In this document: piece after piece, positions 57,943 to 64,000 of the stretch
Layout of the letters: the number at the start of each line of letters is the position of its first letter
Position numbering within the stretch: position 1 is the stretch's first letter
Assembly: GCA_026394555.1 (NCBI GenBank)
Contig: JAPKXZ010000052.1
Coordinates: 101,376-165,375, forward strand
Direction: 5' to 3'
Source of the DNA: Methanothrix sp.
Lineage (GTDB): Archaea > Halobacteriota > Methanosarcinia > Methanotrichales > Methanotrichaceae
Length of the DNA: 64,000 nt
The notes under the pieces: model-generated
What the model was told of the DNA's origin: nothing
The model's input: the letters and a program-made list of their open reading frames with translations, nothing else
The model's database searches: none
Translations under genes and position numbers: made by a program

Positions 57943-60408
57943 ATGGCAAAGAAGAAGGCTGAGCTGAAGGTTTCCGGCATGGTTTGCTCCGTCTGCACGG
58001 CAGCAATCGAGAAGGCTCTGCGGAGTTTAGACGGAGTCACCTTGGCTTTCGTCAACCTGGGAACGGAGACGGCATCGGTGGAATACGATTCCGAGAAGCT
58101 GCGTCTTGCCGATCTGGAGAAGGCGGTAAGGGACGCGGGCTACGATGTGATTGATGAGAAGGTCGTGCTCAGAATAGGCGGCATGGTCTGCGCCATGTGC
58201 GTGGGTGCGCTGGAGATCGCCCTCAAAAAGCTGGACGGCGTTGTGGAAGTGCGCGTGAACCTGGCTTCTGAGAAGGCCTATGTCACCTTCAATTCCCGCA
58301 TGGTTAGCCTGGCGGATATGAAGAAGGCCGTTCTTGATACGGGCTATCAATTCCTGGGGCTCGAAGGCGAGGAGGCAATGGCTGACCGGGAGAAGGAGAT
58401 GCTTGCCAGGGACCTGGCAGACAAGAAGAAGCGCATCATCATCGGCTTTGCCACCAGCCTCTTTCTCATGGCTGTGATGTACCTGCCTGTGCACAAAATC
58501 GTTCCCATGCAATTGGCCATGGCCGTTCCTAATTTCATGAGCCTTTTTATGCTCATATTATCAGCACCAGTCTTTGTTTATGTGAGCTATCCCATCTTTC
58601 GGGCCGCCTTGCGGGCGCTTTCTAACCGGAATCTGGATATGGACGTCATGTACGGCATGGGCATTGGCGTGGCCTATGGCTCCAGCATTCTGGGAACCTT
58701 CGGGATTGTGCTCACCTCGGATTTCATGTTCTATGAGACGGCAGTTATGCTGGCCTCTTTTCTCACCCTGGGCCGCTATTTAGAGGCCAGGGCCAAAGGC
58801 CGCACCTCGGAGGCCATCAAAAAGCTGGTGGGCCTTGTGCCCAAGAGAGCCACCCTTCTCAAGGACGGGCGGGAGATCGAGGTGTCTGTGGAAGAGGTGT
58901 TAGTGGGCGATTTGCTCCTGGTCAAGCCAGGCGAAAAGATTCCGGCGGACGGCGTAGTTACAGCGGGAGAGAGCTATGTGGATGAAGCCATGATCACGGG
59001 CGAGAGCGTTCCTGCCTTCAAGGAGCCGGGCAGTCGCGTGGTGGGCGGCACTCTCAACAAGAATGGCTCACTAAAGTTCTCTGCTACTCGCATAGGAAAA
59101 GAGACCGTCCTGGCCCGGATCATCTCTCTGGTGGAGGAGGCGCAGGGAACCAGGCCGGCCGTGCAGAGGATCGCCGACCGGGCGGTGGCTTATTTCATAC
59201 CCACTATCCTCACCATCGCAGCGGCGTCATTTGTTTACTGGTATTTTGTGGCCCATAATACTCTTCTCTTCTCCCTCACTGCACTTATATCCGTATTAGT
59301 AGTAGCCTGCCCCTGTGCTCTGGGCCTGGCCACTCCCACGGCCATCACTGTCGGCATTGGCCGGGGAGCGGAGCTGGGCATACTCATCAAGAGCGGTGAA
59401 GCTCTAGAAGCCTCGGATAAGCTCAACGTCGTCGCCTTCGACAAGACTGGCACATTAACCGTGGGCAGACCGGATGTCACCGACATGGCGGCCCTGGGCG
59501 TAGAGGAAAAGGAGATGCTGCGCCTGGCAGCTTCTGCAGAGCGACCATCTGAACATCCCCTGGCGGAGGCGGTCGTACGCAAAGCCCTGGAGCGGTCACT
59601 CGTTCTGGCCAATGCGGAAAGATTCGAGGCCAGGCCGGGAAAGGGGGTGCTGGCCTTGGTAGAGGGCAGGCAGGTAGTGGCGGGAAACAGGATGCTTTTC
59701 ACGGATTTGGGCATTGAAATTGTCCCTGAGCTTCTCGAAAGAGCATCGAGCTATGAAGAGCAAGGAAAGACGGCCATGCTCATCGCCCTGGATGACCGGG
59801 CCTGCGCAGTTCTGGCCATCTCCGACCGGCTGAAGGAATCGGCCCAGCAGGCCGTATCTGATCTGCAGAGGATGAATTTGTCTGTGGTGATGATCACTGG
59901 CGACAATGCAAAAAGTGCGGCTGCGGTGGCCAACCAGCTGGGCATAAAAACGGTTCTCGCGCAGGTTTTGCCGGAAGATAAATCCAATGAGATCAAAAGG
60001 CTACAGCAGAGCGGGAGAAAGGTAGCCTTTGTGGGCGACGGCATCAATGATGCTCCGGCTCTGGCTCAGGCCGATGTGGGCATTGCCATTGGCAGCGGCA
60101 CGGATGTGGCCATTGAGGCCGGTGAGATTGTACTGATGAAAGACGATCTCTTGACCGTCGTGGCGGCCATAGAGCTCAGCCGCAAGGTGATCTCGCGCAT
60201 CAAGCTGAACATCTTCTGGGCCTTTGCCTACAACGTGGCTCTGGTTCCCGTGGCAGCAGGCGCGCTCTATCCGGCATTCGGCATAACCTTCCGCCCGGAG
60301 CTGGCGGGTCTGGCCATGGCCTTAAGCTCCGTCACAGTAATCTCCTTCTCGCTCCTGCTCAAAAAGTATATACCGCCTGCAATACAAAATAGAAACATAG
60401 GAGTTTGA
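57943..60408 (+). CDS. copA: copper-translocating P1B-type ATPase
   Basis: Two HMA domains (GMVCSVC, GMVCAMC), the CPC motif CPCALGLATP, DKTGTLT, and GDGINDAP. Confidence 0.95.
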   Translation: MAKKKAELKVSGMVCSVCTAAIEKALRSLDGVTLAFVNLGTETASVEYDSEKLRLADLEKAVRDAGYDVIDEKVVLRIGGMVCAMCVGALEIALKKLDGVVEVRVNLASEKAYVTFNSRMVSLADMKKAVLDTGYQFLGLEGEEAMADREKEMLARDLADKKKRIIIGFATSLFLMAVMYLPVHKIVPMQLAMAVPNFMSLFMLILSAPVFVYVSYPIFRAALRALSNRNLDMDVMYGMGIGVAYGSSILGTFGIVLTSDFMFYETAVMLASFLTLGRYLEARAKGRTSEAIKKLVGLVPKRATLLKDGREIEVSVEEVLVGDLLLVKPGEKIPADGVVTAGESYVDEAMITGESVPAFKEPGSRVVGGTLNKNGSLKFSATRIGKETVLARIISLVEEAQGTRPAVQRIADRAVAYFIPTILTIAAASFVYWYFVAHNTLLFSLTALISVLVVACPCALGLATPTAITVGIGRGAELGILIKSGEALEASDKLNVVAFDKTGTLTVGRPDVTDMAALGVEEKEMLRLAASAERPSEHPLAEAVVRKALERSLVLANAERFEARPGKGVLALVEGRQVVAGNRMLFTDLGIEIVPELLERASSYEEQGKTAMLIALDDRACAVLAISDRLKESAQQAVSDLQRMNLSVVMITGDNAKSAAAVANQLGIKTVLAQVLPEDKSNEIKRLQQSGRKVAFVGDGINDAPALAQADVGIAIGSGTDVAIEAGEIVLMKDDLLTVVAAIELSRKVISRIKLNIFWAFAYNVALVPVAAGALYPAFGITFRPELAGLAMALSSVTVISFSLLLKKYIPPAIQNRNIGV

Positions 60409-60413
60409 GAAAA

Positions 60414-60560
60414 ATGGCAATAGATCCGATCTGCAAGATGACCGTCGATGAGAAGACGGCCAAGCTCAAGAGCGAGTATAAAGGCAAGATGTACTACTTC
60501 TGCGCACCGGGCTGCAAGAAGGCTTTTGAGGACAATCCGGGCAAGTATCTGGGAAGCTAG
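60414..60560 (+). CDS. YHS-domain micro-protein (copper-associated)
   Basis: Not in the ORF track (48 aa). MAIDPICKMTVDEKTAKLKSEYKGKMYYFCAPGCKKAFEDNPGKYLGS lies 5 nt after copA. Confidence 0.7.
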   Translation: MAIDPICKMTVDEKTAKLKSEYKGKMYYFCAPGCKKAFEDNPGKYLGS

Positions 60561-60784
60561 GCGCGGCGTGGGCTGCGCTCGAAATTGAAAGGCCAGCAAG
60601 CAGGCCCAAGGCGCCGTGGAGTTCGTCATGACCGGCAAGCTTCCGGAGGAGAGAAAGGCGTGCAGCCGCTACGGCTTAAGCCCTATCTGCGCCGCTCTTT
60701 CGAGATCGATCCCCAAGACCCGCAGACCGTGTACGGCCTTGCCTTCGGCGACAAGGCGACATCGGGCCGGCCCGGAAGCATTAG

Positions 60785-61090
60785 TCATGAACGACTGCTC
60801 TCAAGCAATAAACGCCCCTTTCCCGTAAGCCGGTATCTCTGTTTGCTGCTATGCGGTTTATCGGGCAGCGTCATCTCTATCAAGTCTTCCTTGATGGCCG
60901 GCAATAGGTATGCTTTTCTGAAGTGTTCGTCATCCTTCCGACCAAGAAGGCGCTGCAGATCTCGCCGCTGCATATCCCCCACAAATGCCATAAGCATCTG
61001 CAAGACTTCCGGGGTAACTTGCAGGGCAACTTCCTGGGTGACTTCCGGGGTAACTTCCGTGGTGACTTCCGGAGCAAAAAATGTCAGAGT
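60785..61090 (-). pseudogene. C-terminal remnant of an AlbA_2/Schlafen-type putative regulator
   Basis: Minus-strand reading APEVTTEVTPEVTQEVALQVTPEV (12-nt periodic xEVT repeats, about 61005-61075) followed by LQMLMAFVGDMQRRDLQRLLGRKDDEHFRKAYLLPAIKEDLIEMTLPDKPHSSKQRYRLTGKG. No N-terminal domains lie upstream. Confidence 0.45.
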
Positions 61091-61516
61091 TACACCTGTC
61101 TTAGATTTGTCGTGTTAGCCATTCCTCAATTTGTGGGCGGGGCTTGAGCAGACTTCTGAAACGAAAATGCTGGAATCCTTTGCCGAGGAAGGCCTTCTCG
61201 GTGCTGCAGCTCGTCTGCATCAGTACGTCGGGTTCAAGAGGATCGAGCAGGGGATGGATATAGGGGTGGATTTGGGCGAGGTGTGGGGGACGGCGGAGAG
61301 GTGCGAGGAGAGCAGTTGAAGTGGAAAGGTCACGTTTTCCTGTCATAAAATTCAAGCCTCCTCAGATGGCTTAGTCGGCGTCATGTCAGTGCGGATAGAT
61401 CTGCCAAAACCTTTTTCATAAGGACTGGGAATTGAAGCTCTATTGATGGGTGGAAAATTGCTAGGCGCCAATGAGACGGCCTGAATGATGCAACCAGGGA
61501 ATGATAGGATAAAACT

Positions 61517-63313
61517 ATGACGCAATCTGCAAGTACGTTTGACACAATGGAGCCTAATTTGGGCGAACTTTTAACTCATGTACGTGACGGAAGTATACAG
61601 CTACCAGATTTCCAGAGAGGGTGGATATGGGACGATAATAGAATCCGGGCGATAATTGCCAGTGTATCAATGTCATACCCGATCGGTGCTATAATGATGA
61701 TGGAAGTCGGCGATAGCCTTCGGTTTTTGCCCCAGACATTTGAGGGGGTTTCACTTCCATCGAAGGTCAATCCTGATGTTCTTGTCCTCGATGGGCAGCA
61801 GCGTCTTACAGCTCTTTATCTTACACTCATCCGGAATATGCCTGTTCCAACGACCACAGAGAATAAAAAAGAGATACAACGTCTTTATTATCTCGACATG
61901 GAAAAATGCCTGGATCCTTCTGTAGATCGATTTGATGCTGTCGTTTCAGTTCCAGAAACCAGAAAAATCACTAGTGATTTCGGGAGACAAATTGTTCTTG
62001 ATGTTAGTACGCGTGAACTTGAATATGAACAGGGTATGGTTCCGCTCTATTTGATCTTTGATTTGACAGGCTATGCAAAATGGAAACAAGGATACATGGA
62101 GTATTTCAATAATAAACCTGAAAAATTCCAGTTCCTTAGCCGTTTTGATATGGAAATTTGGCTACGCTTCCAGCAGTATAAGATTCCGGTCATAAAACTT
62201 ACAAAAGACACCCCAAAAGAAGCTGTTTGCCAGGTATTCGAGAATGTAAATACTGGCGGGGTCCCGCTTACGGTATTTGAACTGATGACGGCAACGTTCG
62301 CTGCAGATAATTTCAGGCTTCGAAAAGACTGGGTTGATCGCAAAGAACGCCTGAGAAAATCTCTTGTGTTGCAGGATGTCGATGAGAGCACATTTCTGAC
62401 GGCGATAACGCTTCTGGTTAGCTATCAAAGACATGTAAAGGAGAAAACTGCAGTAAGCTGCAAACGCAAGGATATCCTCAACCTCTCGCTAGGAGACTAT
62501 AAGGAAAATGCAGATTTGATCATGGGTGGTATGCAGTCGGCAGCAAAACTTTTGGCAAGAGAAAAAATCTTTGACCATCGTGACCTACCCTATCAGACAC
62601 AGCTTATACCGCTATCTGCCATATGCGCATATCTCGGAGACAAAGTTGAGAATGACACGATAAAGGAAAGAATTATTCGCTGGTATTGGAGTGGAGTATT
62701 TGGCGAGCTCTATGGCGGAGCGAATGAAACGAGATATGCATTGGACATTCAAGGAGTCATAAATTGGTTGAATGGAGGAGACGTCCCGGCTACAATTCGA
62801 GATATGAACTTCAATCCTACAAGGCTATTAACACTGCAGACTAGATTGAGCGCTGCCTACAAAGGACTCATGGCTCTTCTAATGAAGAAAGGGAGCAAGG
62901 ATTTTATCAATGGGGATCTCGTGGAGTTGGCAACATATTTTGATAATGTGATCGACATTCATCACATATTCCCTGCTGCATACTGCGAAAAAGAGAAATT
63001 AAATCGTCAGGTCTGGAATAGCATTATAAATAAAGCAGCACTTTCCAGCAGAACAAATCGCATTCTTGGTGGGCATAAACCCAGTACATATATTCAAACA
63101 ATACAGAAACAGCATAATGTCGAGCCTTCACGACTAGATGACATATTGGAAAGCCATTTAATCGATCATCAACTCCTTAGGTTGGATGATTTCTCTGGCT
63201 TCGTGCAGAAAAGGGCCGGTCATCTACTTAATATGATCGAAGAAGCAACAGGCAAAGCCATAGCGGGTAGGGATTCTGAAGAAGTCGCAAAAGCGTTCGG
63301 AGGAAGTCTTTGA
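61517..63313 (+). CDS. DUF262 (ParB-like NTPase) protein with C-terminal His-Me/HNH-like nuclease region, GmrSD-like
   Basis: LPDFQRGWIWD and LVLDGQQRLTALYL are DUF262 hallmarks. The C-terminal DIHHIFPAAY...N..INKAALSSRTN resembles DUF1524. More AT-rich than the surroundings. Confidence 0.85.
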   Translation: MTQSASTFDTMEPNLGELLTHVRDGSIQLPDFQRGWIWDDNRIRAIIASVSMSYPIGAIMMMEVGDSLRFLPQTFEGVSLPSKVNPDVLVLDGQQRLTALYLTLIRNMPVPTTTENKKEIQRLYYLDMEKCLDPSVDRFDAVVSVPETRKITSDFGRQIVLDVSTRELEYEQGMVPLYLIFDLTGYAKWKQGYMEYFNNKPEKFQFLSRFDMEIWLRFQQYKIPVIKLTKDTPKEAVCQVFENVNTGGVPLTVFELMTATFAADNFRLRKDWVDRKERLRKSLVLQDVDESTFLTAITLLVSYQRHVKEKTAVSCKRKDILNLSLGDYKENADLIMGGMQSAAKLLAREKIFDHRDLPYQTQLIPLSAICAYLGDKVENDTIKERIIRWYWSGVFGELYGGANETRYALDIQGVINWLNGGDVPATIRDMNFNPTRLLTLQTRLSAAYKGLMALLMKKGSKDFINGDLVELATYFDNVIDIHHIFPAAYCEKEKLNRQVWNSIINKAALSSRTNRILGGHKPSTYIQTIQKQHNVEPSRLDDILESHLIDHQLLRLDDFSGFVQKRAGHLLNMIEEATGKAIAGRDSEEVAKAFGGSL

Positions 63314-63631
63314 AGCCAGCATGTCTTCAATAGAATAAGGTCAGCAGATAGTACTTGTGCTCCTTGCCTTTCGTGGTCTCCTTCTTCACCCACAAGACAC
63401 TCAGCCCCTCCCACATTGGCCCGCCCGGGTCTCTGCCGTGCTGCGCCCTCGCCCCGCGCAGTCTCTCGTCGCTCCCGCAGCCGGGCCCGGATGTCCGCCA
63501 GCTCCCCCGGCCCCTCCATATCTGTGGTAGGCGACAAGGGCGGCACCGAGCTTACGACTCTCGGCCCGGAGTTGCTTGATGCACTTGCCCAGGTTCCAAG
63601 AATTACCAATAATCTATAAATTATCGGTAAT

Positions 63632-64000
63632 TTATTGGTAACCTGGAAAGTAGCGAGTGTCCCTGTAGTGCCCCTCTTTTCGCAGTTGTCCCGCCTTCTG
63701 CATCTTCTGTAGCAGATATCTGGCCTGGGCCTCGTTTGCGCCCAGCAACTCCTGGGCATCAGCTCTCCGGATAGACCCGTGCTTCCTCACATAGGCGAGG
63801 ATCCTCTGCTCTTCTTCTGCGAGCGGCACCTCAACAGGGGTTTTTTGGTAGAACTTCACCAGAAACACCGTCCTCCTGTCCTCGAATACCGGCGCAGGCA
63901 GTCCTCTTTTCTGCATGGCCTCCAGCATAGCATCTATGCCGCTGCCCCTGTTCTCCACCAGGTGGACATCTTCCATCAAATGCATAAGCAGCCGGTTCCT
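63632..64000 (-). CDS. C-terminal part of an AlbA_2/HATPase_c_4-type putative transcriptional regulator (gene continues past the right window edge)
   Basis: ...VENRGSGIDAMLEAMQKRGLPAPVFEDRRTVFLVKF, then a wHTH-like tail EEEQRILAYVRKHGSIRRADAQELLG...ARYLLQKMQKAG. The frame stays open to position 64000. Confidence 0.65.
   Translation of the reverse strand, partial: RNRLLMHLMEDVHLVENRGSGIDAMLEAMQKRGLPAPVFEDRRTVFLVKFYQKTPVEVPLAEEEQRILAYVRKHGSIRRADAQELLGANEAQARYLLQKMQKAGQLRKEGHYRDTRYFPGYQ

Noticed and set aside
60561-61118. The frame stays open for about 185 codons after the TAG stop of the YHS micro-gene (same frame as ORF 60585-61118). I considered pyrrolysine or stop read-through.
   Set aside because: TAG is used as a normal stop by many solid genes in this window. 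The downstream translation is Arg/Pro/Ser-rich with no motif, and it is antisense to the AlbA_2-type remnant, which explains the open frame.

Overview
This is a 64-kb chromosomal segment of a methanogen/methanotroph-type euryarchaeon, most like Methanosarcinales. The diagnostic genes are F420-dependent methylene-H4MPT reductase (mer), beta-RFAP synthase plus an MptD-like ORF (methanopterin synthesis), and a GHMP-type archaeal shikimate kinase. Further markers are archaetidylserine synthase/decarboxylase overlapping an archaeosortase gene, a DUF1608 S-layer-type domain, archaeal NMN adenylyltransferase and a CxxC-x17-CxxC protein.

Housekeeping blocks are uvrA; aroK-chorismate mutase-purE-usp; hmgA-pheA-cbiK; pcm-gpmI; mobB...mer-nadM; and grx-FDR-copA-YHS. 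They are interleaved with accessory material:
- a secreted sulfatase/anSME/peptidase cluster (1-8.1 kb);
- an island with a secreted TPR protein, a HEAT-S8 protease, a decayed IS, a multi-PAS hybrid histidine kinase and a frameshifted tyrosine-recombinase relic (11.3-22.4 kb);
- a RelE/ParE-type TA pair bracketed by structured direct repeats (42.6-43.6 kb);
- a DUF262/GmrSD-like defence gene flanked by AlbA_2/Schlafen-type regulator fragments (60.8-64 kb).

I recognised no rRNA, tRNA or CRISPR array. TAG is a frequent ordinary stop codon here.

The most unusual signals are:
1. a family of intergenic hairpin elements whose arms are 8-nt periodic units that differ between loci but co-vary within each locus;
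2. the TA cassette repeats, which carry a compensatory base-pair change in a GC hairpin;
3. a near-perfect 63-bp coding tandem repeat in an acylphosphatase/coiled-coil gene;
4. a chorismate-lyase-like (DUF98)::beta-RFAP synthase fusion;
5. an in-frame TGA splitting an S-layer-domain/TPR gene;
6. an MptD-like ORF with no canonical start codon, abutting pssA in an archaeosortase operon.

All functional calls are motif-level readings of the supplied translations. No database search was run.
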